64,000 bases of DNA from Callorhinchus milii (lineage: Eukaryota), in assembly GCF_018977255.1 (NCBI RefSeq), contig NW_024704742.1, positions 104,410,001 through 104,474,000 on the forward strand, in the 5' to 3' direction. A program made the position numbers and the translations under genes. Below the pieces are notes generated by a model that saw nothing but the letters and a program-made list of their open reading frames with translations, was not told where the DNA came from and did no database searches. This document shows, piece after piece, positions 12,915 to 25,299 of this stretch. Within the stretch, counting starts at the first letter, position 1. Each line of letters opens with the position of its first letter.

Positions 12915-14820
12915 ACAACAACAAAAACAAGAACAACAACAAAATGACATTTGTACAGCGTCTTTCACATCAGGAAGACATTCCAAGCACTGGACAATCA
13001 GTGTTTTGGACCCGAGCTGGGGGTCGGGATTAGGGAAGGTGGAGGGCAGGGGGAGAAGGAGGGTGACCGAAGGCACAGTCAAAGAGGACATTCTTGAGAC
13101 AGGTCTTGAAGGATGTAATGGAGGGGCCAAGATGGAGGGTCTGCGGAATGGAGTTCCAGAGAGTGGGGGCAGAGTGGCAGAAGACCCACCTGCCAATGGT
13201 GAGGCAGGTGAGGCGGGGACGTGAAGCAGGCTGGAGCTCGTTGAGCGGCGGGAGCAGGCAGGTTGGTAGGGGGTTAGAAGGTTGCAGAGGTAGGGGGGAG
13301 CAAGGCCATGGAGGGCTTTGAAGGCGAGGACCAGGATCTTGATCTGTATCCTGTGTGTGATGGGAAGGTAGTGGAGTTGGGCGAGGATCGGTGTGATAGG
13401 GTCACGGAGCCTAGTGCGGGAACGGACACAGGCTGCAAAGTTCTGGATGATCTGCACCTATGAAGGGAGGAGTTGGAAGGCCGAGAAGCAGGGAGTCTGC
13501 ATAGTTGAGCCTCGATATTATGAATGCATGTATAAAAGTCTCCGCGGCCTGCGGTGTGAGACAGTGGCAGAGCGAGCGCTAGTACGGAGGTGAAGGAAGG
13601 CAGACTGGACATGACATGGATGTGCGGTAGAAAGGATATTTTAAGGTCAAACAAGATGCCAAGGTTCCGGACTGGCTTAGCAAGGTGGAGGGTGCATCTA
13701 TGGATGGTGATGCTGTCAATGCCTGAGATGTGGAGGCGCTGACGGGAGCCAATCAGGAGGGCCTTGGTCTTGTTGATGTTCAACTGTAGAAAGTTAGCTC
13801 TCATCCAGGCTTTGATGTCTGACAGAGTTGAGGTTGGAGGCAGAGAGATAGAGTTGGGTGTCATCCGGAGACATGTGGAAATTGACCCATGTTTGTGGAC
13901 GATGTCACCAAGAGGGAGCAAATAGATATTGAAAAGAAGGGGACCAAGGACAGAGCCCTGAAGAAATCCACACAAGGTGGTGGGAGAGGAAGGAGGGAAG
14001 ATGGGAAGAATCAACTCATTCAAGGATCTTGGAAAGGAAAGGGAGGTTGCAGATGGGGCAATAGCTTGAGAGCAGGGATGGGTCAGAGAGTGGTTTTTAT
14101 GGACAGGAGTGATGACGGTGGTTTTTGGAGGGTGGAAATGATGCCAGTGGACAGGGAGAGGTTTATGAGGTCTGTGAGTAGGGGAACAATGAGTTGGAGT
14201 TGGGAGGTAAGGAGAGGGGTAGGGATAGGGTTGAGGGAGCAGGTGGTCGGTTTCATGTAGGTTATGGTGGTAATGAGCAAGGAGGGGAGACAGGTTCGAA
14301 GGTGTGGAGGAGGGATTGGTAGGGGCCAGGGTGTGAGGGGGAGATCGGGGGAGGGTATTGGTCAGAAGGGTAGATACAGCTGAGCGGATCCCCTCAACTT
14401 TGGTTTCGAGGAAGTTTAGCATCTCCTCACAGTTGGCGTTGGAGAAGAGAATGAGCGAGGAGTGAGTGGATGGGCAGAGGAGCCGGTTGGTGATAAAGAA
14501 GGGGAACCTGGGGTTGTCCTTGGCCTCCAAGATTGTCTTGGAGTAGAAGGACGATTTAGCGGAGGCTAGGGTGGAGCAGTAAGATTTGATAAGGTCCAGT
14601 CAGATCTGCTGATGGACTGTTAAGTTGGATTTGAGCCAGGTGCGTTCAGGTGGGAGGAAGCCCAGAGAGGGAGGAGTTCAGATGACTTCAAGACAGCGGA
14701 GAGGGAGGGGGTGAGATTTTTTTCAAGGGGCGGTAGGAGATGGAGGTGGGTTGGGTGTTGGTCGGGAGAGGGATTGAGTAGCTAAGGGAGATGAAGTAAT
14801 GGGCCGTAATGTCAGGGACT
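12915..14820 (-). mobile_element. Older L2 LINE, ~1.9 kb, internally deleted
   Basis: [23 protein letters not shown] and LHYLPI motifs; (CAA)n tail. Confidence 0.9.
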
Positions 14821-15726
14821 GGGAGATGAGAGCTACCTCGACTCCACGGCCAAATTTTGCATGCCAAGACTAAGAGTGGACCAGAGAGAGTAGGGGAACA
14901 CTTAGTGAATGCAGTGCTAAGAGCCAGAAATATAAAAGCTGATTCCAAACTTCCTTATTGCTGGAAACGTGTGCCTCACTTTGAATAATAATAATATAAA
15001 TAATCCTTGCACTTTATATAACGCCTTATCACGTTGTTGAGACGTCTCAAAGTGCTTCACAGAATATACTTTGTATTTTGGGGGTGAATAATAAACATGA
15101 AGAATAAATGTGGCTGTGAGACATCCCTGTGAGAGCCTGATTAATGAATTGAAATTACTGTTACTCTGATAAGTAATCTGTACTTCCCCTGTATATTGTT
15201 TCTACTCAGTAAGTGCTTCATCCTCCACATTCCCTCCTTTTTCTAAAATCACTCTGCTGTCAAAACAAAAATTCCACCAACGATGGACTTTATAACTAAG
15301 TGATACGACTGGAATTTGCTGTGTGTGCAAGTGCTCTTTAACCCTATTCCAATTCAGCTTTTAATACACCATCACGGAACTCTGATATGTTAGGTTCAAA
15401 ATTGTCTCTTGGTTTATTTTGTTCCTTTTCACTAATAGTTTAGTTGATGTACTGTATTTTGCTTTTGTGCTAATTCAACTGATTCACAGTGCAAAGAGAG
15501 ACTGAGTGATAATGATGGATAATGAAACAAAAAAAAAGATTGTGCAACAATTCCGCTCCTCCATTCTAACGTGAATTCAATTATTTTCAGTTTTACAGAA
15601 AAGGTTTACAAAAAGAGTAAGTTTGTAAGTAGGTGTGATGTGGTGAATCATAAAATTTCAAGAACAAACATTCTCTCTTCAACAACAGCAAGTCTCAGAT
15701 GATGGACTAAATATGAACCAGATTCT

Positions 15727-16045
15727 GGAGTCTTGTAGCTCAGTGATTAGAGCACTTACCTCGCAAGCGAGAGACCTGGGTTTGATTCCCAGCAGGGCAA
15801 AATGTTGGGCAAGTTTTCTTACTCCACACGCCTGATAATAATCCCTCAAAAAAAAACAATAAGAAAATTTGTCACTTCAATCCACGACTGCTTGTGGGAC
15901 ACTGCTGTGTGCAATTGGCTGCTGCGTTTTGCTCACAAATATACATTCAATTCACTTAACAGTATATTCTGTGATGCACTTTGAGACGTCTAGAATACGT
16001 GAAAAGCTCTATATCAAATGCAAGGATTATTATTATTATTATTCT
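15727..16045 (+). mobile_element. tRNA-derived SINE, short subfamily
   Basis: Same layout as the 9845 copy. Confidence 0.9.
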
Positions 16046-16614
16046 CAATTTGGATTAAATTTAGCAGACCTTGATGGTAGAGCAGTTATAGGTGAATGAG
16101 GCAGTTAATGTGTATTAAAAATATCCAGATTCTCAGCCTAAAATTGTACACAAAACCAACGTTCTTGACTTAATAATAATAACCCTTGCATTTGCGCACA
16201 GCAGTGTCCCACAAATAGTCGTGGATTGAGTGACCAAATAATTTATTTAAAAAAATTTTTTGAGGAATTATTATCCCCGGAGAAGCAATCTGCCAATTTA
16301 CTAACCAGCTGGCTTCCTATTTACTGCTAGAGAGGGCCACAACTCTGAGCTGATTCGAGGCAACCCTCAGACTGTGTTGATGGGCTCTAGTTTCAGTTTC
16401 TATAGTAACTTAGAGCTTCTGAAACTTAAACCCAATAAACAACTGGAATGTTTATCCCTGCCAAAGTGGAAAATAAAGCATCTTGCCTTGAAACATTAAG
16501 AATTCAGACTCTTCTGCAGATTGTTTTCAATTAATTATGTCTTTGATTTAAAGCCATAAATCATTAGAGAAAGATTTTTTTATTCCTTGAACAAATGAAT
16601 GCATTATACAATTG

Positions 16615-16712
16615 AGTTCTGACGAAGGGTCGTGGACCGGAAACGTTGACTCACTTTCCTTTCTCCATAGATGCTGCCTGACCTGCTGAGTTTTCCCAGC
16701 TCTCTCTGTTTT
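16615..16712 (+). mobile_element. 98-bp Penelope-like repeat unit containing a minimal hammerhead ribozyme motif
   Basis: CTGACGA...GAAACGT core. Perfect 15-bp flanking direct repeat TGCATTATACAATTG at 16600-16614 and 16713-16727. Confidence 0.8.
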
Positions 16713-16911
16713 TGCATTATACAATTGTTCAGGTAGCAGAAAATATACTGAATTTATCAGTCAATGTTTTTTCAAGGCACAATTCTGAATTTCTACCAGC
16801 ATTTACATTTATTTTATGAATCTTCAGACATGTATCTAAAAAGGCAGCAGCTCCATGGTGATTCAGATGTACAAGTTATTAGATGTACAAGTATTTGTTA
16901 ATTTTCAATAC

Positions 16912-17250
16912 AACACAACTTGCATTTATATAGCGCCCGTCACAGGGGATAGGGTCTCAGAAGGCTAAACAATGACAGAGTTGATTCTGAGCTGGGGAGG
17001 AGTGGAGGGGAGGTGTCCATAGGCATGCTCAACCAGGGAAGTCTTCAGGTGCGATTGAAGATGAACAAAGAGTGGGCAAGGCAGAGGGATTGAGGCAGGG
17101 AGTTCCAGAGGTTCAGGGACCAGTGGCTGAAAGCACAGCAGCTCACGGTGGAGTGGAGAGGTCAAGGGACATGCAGAAGGCCTGAGCTGGCTGAGCAAAG
17201 GGGGCGGGTAGAGGAGTGAGGTGTGAAAGGTTTTCATTCATAATGACAAA
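16912..17250 (-). mobile_element. Old L2 3' fragment
   Basis: Tail acaacttgcatttatatagcgcc and WNSLP remnant. Confidence 0.75.
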
Positions 17251-17584
17251 ATATTAAATTTAACTTCAGTTTTTTATATCAATCACTGATAAAACCAGCT
17301 GCTTGGATGAATTCTGTACAGATTCAATATTATATGTTAAATTAAGAAATAGAGGCTTCCTGCATTTCTAGGCCTAACAATGAATGATTTGTAGCCACTC
17401 ATTGCAATTATATTGAATCATTGCCATTACCATACTTTGTGGCAAGAGCTGTAGGTTTTCTGATTACTTTATTAGCTGATATGACTGATGATCATCGAAT
17501 GTTTTAATTCATTTCTTCAAGTAATAAATATCTGGAAGTGAAAGTATATCCCGCACGTCATGTACATTTATGCCAAACTGCAGG

Positions 17585-17730
17585 AACAACAACAACAAGA
17601 TTTCATTTATAGAGCGCCTTTCATGTCGGGAGGACGTCCCAAGGCGCTGGACAGTTGGGTCAGGACCCGAGCAGGGGGAAATGGTCAGGGTGAGGGGAGG
17701 GAAGGGAGGGAGCGAGGAGGGGGTAGGGGA
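17585..17730 (-). mobile_element. Very short young L2 3' end
   Basis: (CAA)n tail plus 3' UTR matching 41470-41612. Confidence 0.88.
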
Positions 17731-17877
17731 ACTCGCTCAAGTTGATTGTGTTGGGGCAGAATACCAGCATGGTGTACTTCCAGTTTCCTTAAGGAGTCAC
17801 ATCAAGAAATTGGAGCAAATGAAACCTCAGTAACTCCCTTTGTTATAATTCAAATGATTAAAAAGATTTTGAGGAAA

Positions 17878-18230
17878 ACAACAACAACTTGCATTTATAT
17901 AGCGCCCTTTACGTGGGTTAGCATCCCAGAGCGCTTGACAGCCAGGAGGAGAGGGAGGAGGCAAGTGACCGTAACCACGATCAAAAAGAAAGGTCTTAGG
18001 TGGGATTTGAAAGTGGGGAGGGAGGGGACAAGGCAGAGGGATTGAGGGAAGGAGTTCCAGAGTTTTGGGATGTAGTGACTGAAGGCATGGCCAGAGATGG
18101 TGGAACAGAGGGGCCGAGGGACGACCAGGAGACCGGAGCCAGCCGAGCGGTAATTGCTCCCAGTAATTGGGAACCAGTGGAGCCTGGCAAGGACTGGTGT
18201 GATGGGAGTACAGAGTTTTGTGCAGTGAGA
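17878..18230 (-). mobile_element. Old L2 3' fragment
   Basis: LARLHWFP and LWNSFPQSL motifs with tail. Confidence 0.82.
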
Positions 18231-19387
18231 AAACATCCAGCTTCGATTTAATATTCCACACCTGTTTGTCAATGTTATATATTTCTCCATTTGTCATTGG
18301 CAATTGATCTGCTGCACGAGTAAGCTAAATAATAAATACTTTACAACAAATGACAATAGGTGTCAGAATTCCCAAAGGGTATTTTTTAATCTGATCGGAT
18401 AATAGCCGTTGTATACTCAATATCCTAGTACTGTACTCGCCTCAACTATATGGATATGGTTCCTGCACACTAGTGAATCAGGTCAATGCACAATTTTGTG
18501 GAACTTTCTATATCTGCACATAAACCACATCAATCACCCTTACAACATCATGCATTTCCAAAATCCTGCACAAGGTGTTTATACATGAACTATTATTTGT
18601 CCAGATGGCATGCTGACAAATACTGTTAGGCAAGTCACAACGGAGCTTTCCAATAATGAATCAGATAAGATGCAAAACTCAAATGTGAGTTTAGCATCTT
18701 AACATCTCCAGATGTTAACAACTCCAAAATGCTGGAAAATGTCATTTTATAGATTAGAATGAGCATCTCTTATCTGTAGTGATACTTTAAGAGCCTTCTC
18801 AAGCAAAACAACAAGGCAACCAATTTCAGTCCGGCAAAAAAAATGAAGTACTGTATCACATTCTTTCATTGACTCTCAGGTTACTTTCATCTTTCTCTTG
18901 TCTTTATCCTTAATTAATAATCCTTGCATTTGAGATAACCGCTTATTACATCATTGAAACGTCTCAAAGTGCTTCCCAGAATATATTGCAAAATGTAGTG
19001 ACTGCATTTTGTAGGCAAACTTGGAAGGGTACAAGCAATGTCCCACAAACAGCGATGACATGAATGAACAATTTTATGTCAGGATTGTTAGCCAAAAATA
19101 CTGGCTTCCTTTTTTTAAAAGTCCCATGGGATCTTGAACGTCCAAGGACAAGCACGCCCAGCACTGCTTTGGAATGTTAACCTACATTATGAGCTGAAAG
19201 TCTCAACATGGGACTGGAACCCACAACCTTCGTGCTTGTCGTGGATTGAAAATGACCAATTTATTATTGTTTTTTGGAGGGATTATTATTAGGCGTGTGG
19301 AGTAAGGAAACTTACCCAAGGTTTCGTCCTGCCTGGAATTGAACCCAGGTGTTTCGCTTGCAAGGCAAGTGCTCTAACCACTGAACT

Positions 19388-20024
19388 GAAACGCTGGTCC
19401 ACGCCTTTATCACCTCAAGGCTGGACTACGGGAACTCTCTCCTCGTCGGCCTTCCCGGCACCTCCCTCCACAAGCTGCAGGTCATTCAGAACTCTGCAGC
19501 TCGTGTACTGTCCCGCACCAGGCTTCGGGACCACATCACTCCCACCCTCGCTCACCTCCACTGGCTCCCCATCCCCCAGATGATCGAATTCAAGATCCTC
19601 ATCCTCACCTACAAGGCCATTCACGGCCTTGCTCCCTCCTACCTCTCCGACCTACTATCCCCCTACTTACCTGCCCGTACCCTCCGTTCCTCTGGCTCCG
19701 GTCTGTTCCACATCCCCCGCCCTAACCGTCCTACCATCGGTGGCCGGGCCTTCAGCCTCTCAGCCCCTAGGCTCTGGAACTCTATCCCCCAGTGCCTTCG
19801 CCGCCTCCTCCCTTTCCTCCTTCAAGGCTGGTCTCAAAACCTTTCTCTTTGACCGTGCCTTCAGCTCCCCTCTCGACTCTCTACCCCCTCCTCGCTCCCT
19901 CCCTTCCCTCCCCTCACCCTGACCATTTCCCCCCTGCTCGGATCCCGACCCAACTGTTCAGCACCTTGGGACATCCTCCCGACGTGAAAGGCGCTCTATA
20001 ACTGCAATCTTGTTGTTGTTGTTG
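19388..20024 (+). mobile_element. Young L2 3' fragment inserted into a SINE head
   Basis: Near-identical to 40978-41612; (GTT)n tail. Confidence 0.94.
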
Positions 20025-21329
20025 TATAGGACTCCACCTAATCCACTTTAGGACTCCACCTAATCCACCTTAGCTTTCTCCTTTCAATATTCTTTAATAG
20101 TTTTAGTCCCCACGTATTTATCCATCTCATTCTTAAATCTTAAAAAAAATAGCAGTGATGGAAAGAGCATAGTGGAGGTTTATGAGGATGATACCAGGGC
20201 TGGCAGGTTACTATTATCAGGATAGACTGAATTGATTAGGCCTTTTTTCACTGGAGAAAAGACGTTTATGAGGGGACCTATTAGAGGTGTTTTAAAGTTA
20301 CAGAAGGGTTTGATAAGGTTAGCATATATAGGCTGTTCCCCTGGTCCACCAGGGGACACGAGTGTAAGATTGCAACTAGGGGATCCAAAAGAGAATTGAG
20401 AAAGAACTCGCTGCCTATCATCAGATAGTATGAATGCAGTACTCCAAATGTGGTCCAATCAAGAGGAAACTAAATCTTCACAAGAGGGAATAGAAGGGTA
20501 TAGGAGGGAGTATGGAGTGGGTGGAGATTTGTGATGAGTGTAAAGACTATTGGATCAAATGGCATACTTTGTTATAAATCTTTGTAAATCACTCAATTGA
20601 TTTCTCATCTTTGGTTTTCTGGAGTAGTGCATTCCAGATTCTTATTGCACTCTCAATTCCCTCATCTCAATCCCAAATCCTAATTTTAAGGTTATGTCCT
20701 CCTGTAACAGATAGACCCACCATCATGGGAAAAGTCTTTCACTGCCTGTTGTCTGGACCTTTCATGGTTGTGAACACTGATCACTTCACAGATTGAACAA
20801 TACTTCAGGAGGTTTGACTACTACTATTAATAATAATCCTTGCATTTGGCTAGGATATGGCTATTTATATATTTATGATATATATTTGATAAATATTGAC
20901 ATGTTTGCATAGAATGTGGCTAATGCTCACTGAAGTTATTGATATGCTGGATTATAGATTCAGTTGGTTAAATGCTTCCTGTATAACATATAGTAATGAA
21001 TTAAGACAGTATAATAATGACATGCACTAAATTAGTAGGCATTACTATTCTGATACAATTGTTGGAGGATTGATTTAGATGACGAGGAAGATTACATGGT
21101 AAAATATATTTCCCTTGGGACTTTGTATTCTAAATGAATGCACAATGACATATTTAACAATTAGTTATGGGTCATTTGACGTATTTCAAGACTGTATGCC
21201 GTGTCATCTTCACTGGAGGAGTACAGTAGTGAAAGGGCATTATGACAATCAGTTCCTGAGTCTCATCTAATCAGATAAGTACAGATTCTAGTCTTCCTGG
21301 ATCCTATTGTCTGATATTCAGTGTGTCAA

Positions 21330-21860
21330 ATTAATATTAGTGTGCAAACAGATTCAGGGTCACAGGAAATTAGCAGCAGGAGTAAGCTATTCTGTTCATT
21401 GACCTTTTTCATTATTAAGTAAATCAGGTGTAAGTCTGAGATGCTGAGAACAAATGATCGAAGCAGGCATTGATTTATAATATGGTCCATAATTCTTGAC
21501 CGGTGCACGCAGTCACATTGTGTGTTGTCTCTCAACTTCCAGAGGTATAAGATGACCACATCTGCCATGCAATGTTCTGAAATGGTTCCATGCGAACCAC
21601 TGATTCCGAGCTAGACTGAAGCCTGGAAGTTCTTTTGTGGGGTTGTCAATTTGTTTGGGACATTTGAACAATACAATGCCATTCTGTCTTCAGGGCTTTG
21701 GGTGCAGCATCTTTTGGCAGCTACATCAGGAAGAGGAGGAGAAGGTGGTGATTCCTATTTCAAAGAGACGTAGGACTAGCAGCAGGTATTGCTGTAGACA
21801 GGAACCAATTAGCTTACCAGCCTTGTCAGATATGTGAATGGTGAAAATACCAGATTCGCT
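21330..21860 (-). mobile_element. Vingi/Ingi-like LINE C-terminal remnant
   Basis: Minus-strand PGFSLARNQW..NHFRTLHGRCG followed by WKLRDNTQCDC..MDHIINQC, a CCHC knuckle typical of I-group LINEs. Confidence 0.7.
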
Positions 21861-21939
21861 GGACTTCGAGTTTGCTGGACAAATTGCTACTTTTATTTTG
21901 TGCCTGAAATGACACAATTCACCTTGTTTTAAATATAAT

Positions 21940-22855
21940 AACAACATCAACAACAAGATTACATTTGTGTAGCGCCTTTCATGTCGGGAGGACGTCCCAA
22001 GGCACTGGACAGTGTACAACAACAGCAAAAACTTGGATTTATATAGCGCCCTCCACACCGAACGGCATCTCAGAGCGCTTAAAACAGCATTTCAGACCCA
22101 GTGGGGAGAAGCGAGGGGAGTGACCAATGGCATGGTCAAAGAGGAGGGTTTTGAGGCGGGACTTGAAGGAGGCTAAGGAAGGGGTGAGGCAGAGTGACTG
22201 GGAGATGGAATTCCAGAGGTTGGGGCCAGAGTGGCTGAAGACTCTCCGGCCAACAGTGGGGTGGGTGAGACGGAGGCAGACCGGAGCCGGCTAAACAGAG
22301 GGAGCGGGCGGGTTGGTAGGGGTTTAGGAGGTCACAGAGATAGGGTGGGGTGAGACCGTTGAGAGCTTTGTAGGTGAGGACCAGGATCTTGAACTGGATC
22401 CTCTGAAGGATAGGGAGCCAATGGAGTCGGGCGAGAATGGGGGAGATGGGGTCACGGAGTTTGGTGCGGGAGAGGACATGGGCTGCAGAGTTCTGGATTA
22501 TCTGCAGCCTGCGGAGGGAGGAGTTGGGAAGGCCGACAAGCAGGGCGTTTGCATAGTTGACCCTGGAGGTGAAGAATGCATGAACAAGAGTTTCAGCGGC
22601 CAGAGGGGTGAGGTAGTCGCGGAGTCAGGCGATGTTACAGAGGTGAGGGAAGGCAGAGCGGGTCATGGCTTGGATGTGGGGAAGAAAAGACAGTTGAGGG
22701 TCGAACAAGACACCCAGGCTCCTGACTGGCTGGTGAGTTGTAGTGTGCAACCATGGAGGTTGATGCTGCCAGAGCCTGAGGTGCTGAGGCACTGGCTCAA
22801 GCCAATCAGGAGGGCCTCAGTTTTGTTCACATTCAACTGTAGGAAGTTTGCCCTC
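21940..22855 (-). mobile_element. L2 fragments (short tail plus ~840-bp 3' fragment)
   Basis: Two L2 tails in tandem; [18 protein letters not shown]. Confidence 0.88.
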
Positions 22856-23159
22856 ACCTATAATCACAAAAATAAGACATAATCACNAAAAATACAATTC
22901 CAAACCTTGGGAAAAGCCATTTCAAAGTCAGCATTTTGCTTTTCCACCTTTTATTGGGCCTTTTCTCAACCAAGAAACTTCCTGAAAACAAAAGGTGACC
23001 ATGATTGTAAGCAGCTTTGCAACTTCTAGGTTGCAAACAATACATTTCTGTCCACCCTTTTATGGCAGGTGTGTCACCAATCTCTGCTATATTTTCATCA
23101 ACACTAAGAAAATTGCCTTTCTCACAAGCAACTGGTAACAATGCCGTTTGCTCGTGCAA

Positions 23160-23610
23160 TTGGGTCAGCCTGGTGCAATGTAGCACTCTCACCTCTGAGT
23201 CAGAAGGTTGTGGGTTCAAGCCCCATGTCGGAACTTGGAATCACATAGTCTAAACTGACTCGCCAATGAAGTGCTGAGGGTGTGTTGCATTGTTGGTGGT
23301 GCCGTCCTTCAGTTGAGGTGTTAAACCGAGCTCCCCTCTGTCTGCTCAAGTGGACGTTGAAGATCTCATGGCACTATTTGTAAAGAGAAGAGAGTTTCGC
23401 CCAGTGTCCTGGCCAACAAACACCCGAAAATAAAATCTGTCATACACTCCATGACTTTCTGTGGGACATTGCCGTGCACAAACTAGCTATAACATTTTGC
23501 CCATGAAATACACAGTTAACCAACTTTACAGTACATCCTTTGATGAGTTTTGAGATATTTCAATGACATGATGAGGTGATATATCAAATGCAAAGATTAT
23601 TATTAATAAT
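23160..23610 (+). mobile_element. Older DeuSINE-like (SacSINE1/AmnSINE1-type) element
   Basis: ctctgagtcagaaggttgtgggttcaagcccc head and gccgtccttcagttgaggtgttaaaccgag...atggcactattt Deu-like body. Related fragments at ~8105-9040, 10560-10875, 19030-19230, 43290-43500, 53150-53330 and 62330-62520. Confidence 0.75.
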
Positions 23611-24257
23611 TATGTTAATGTTTTGTCAAATAATTGATTAGTGTAATATTAATGTTATTTTCCATGACACAATGTGTGAGTTGCAAACTCCCAGAACTTG
23701 TCAGCCCAGTATGAAATTCCCTGAATCTACTATTATTTTAAGATTAATTCTACACTAATTAGTGTCTTGATCTTCAGTACATATTTTGTGGTGCAAGGTA
23801 GCTCATTGTTTTTAGTGATGTCTTTCAGAAAGAACTGGAATAAAAACAGATATTATGTAATGTAACAAGTCTCATGGTTTTAGATTTTTTTTTCAATCTC
23901 AATCATAATTGTAATCCCTAAACGATTTGCTGTACTTGTACTTAACTGTACAACCCTGCGCTATAACCTTGCATTTTCAATATTTTTTAAAAGTTATATA
24001 AGTATCAATAGTTTCATTGTAGAATTGATCTGACAACATATAAAAAGCAAGTGCAACATCTCAGAGGTCAACATTTACGATGAGGTGAAGATGAGGAGAA
24101 TCTTTATTCCACATTTTCCAGTAATCGCATTGCAATCAACTCTAGACCTTGGCAACTTAGCACAATTTTTCCACATCATTTGGTGATTTTGTTTAGTAAT
24201 ATTATATATCTAGCCAACAGTCTGTCAGCTTAATTAATTATTCACCTCATGGCTGCT

Positions 24258-24860
24258 TTTTGTTTGGTCAGTCGGCTATCTGACACATGCAGAAACCCAT
24301 CACCATGCTTAAGAGTATCCAAACCAAACTGAGATTTCCATCCATCCCGCCTACACATGGAAATTCCAGAGATAGATTGTTGGAATGGTATGCACACTCG
24401 CTCCCTGGAGGGCCCCATCCTGCTTAACTAATCCCAGAAAGTATTAGGCGCAGGTTGGCAAGAGCCAAGGCTTGGGAATCCCAGAGTGTGTCTTATGGTA
24501 CTGCTGGCATCTAACCAGCTAAAACCCTATAGCTTGCCTTTGATATCACTGTCTGGCAAGCTTTCCCAATGCTTGTCCAGCTAGGACTACCCTACCCATT
24601 AGGACTTTGGCTACAGGGATAACAGGAGCTGAGTGGGATGATTCCCTGCCCCAGTGACTGGTCTGCCCTTCCAGGTCCTGTCAATGAGCCAGACTGGCTG
24701 TGCTGTCATCAGCAGTGCCCTGGAATACTGCAGACCCACCTGGCTCAGGAACCGGACTACCGAGACCGCCACAAAGGGCTGTGATTCTGACATTCCGTTG
24801 CCAAACATGTCACCTTGGAACCAGTTCAGCTTACTTCCCTCCAAAGAAGGATATTCATGG
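24258..24860 (-). repeat. Unclassified ~600-bp dispersed repeat (longest copy)
   Basis: Homologous copies at ~880-1120, 12165-12455, 32105-32225, 33500-34035 and 58524-58975. Confidence 0.85.
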
Positions 24861-25299
24861 TGACTTATGGGACTTTGCCGGCACAAAAGGCCATCACACT
24901 TGTCTACAAAAACAGTCACTATACATGACAGTAATTACCTGTGAGTCATTTGAAACATTTCAACATAGTAAAGTGCTATACACATGCCAGTTGTTTCTCT
25001 CTTTGTTTTTACTTTCAACCAACATGCGTGATGGCTTCAGGGCAAAAGAGTATGAGAAATTGTGATCAAAGCATTTGAACATAGTTTTTCAATTTGAAAA
25101 TCCAGTTTCATGAACACAACTAGACATAGACACTTTTTGATAATATATTTTTTGTTTAAACCTATTGAGGTGGTTATTCATGTGAATCTTTTCTGTTCAG
25201 GATTTCTCTCACTTTGGAGTACATCACTTACACATTACAATAAACAGTAATACAATTTACTTGAGCATTGAGCAGAGAACCCAACATCGTGAGGAGGAA

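Noticed and set aside
13274..14530. 418-aa ORF
   Set aside because: A mosaic of frameshifted L2 ORF2 frames in C-rich, stop-poor sequence.
24654..24863. Similar peptides here and at 33425-33718 (SQTGCAVISSALEYCR)
   Set aside because: Explained by nucleotide homology between repeat copies; there is no ATG-led conserved frame and the 58524 copy has deletions.
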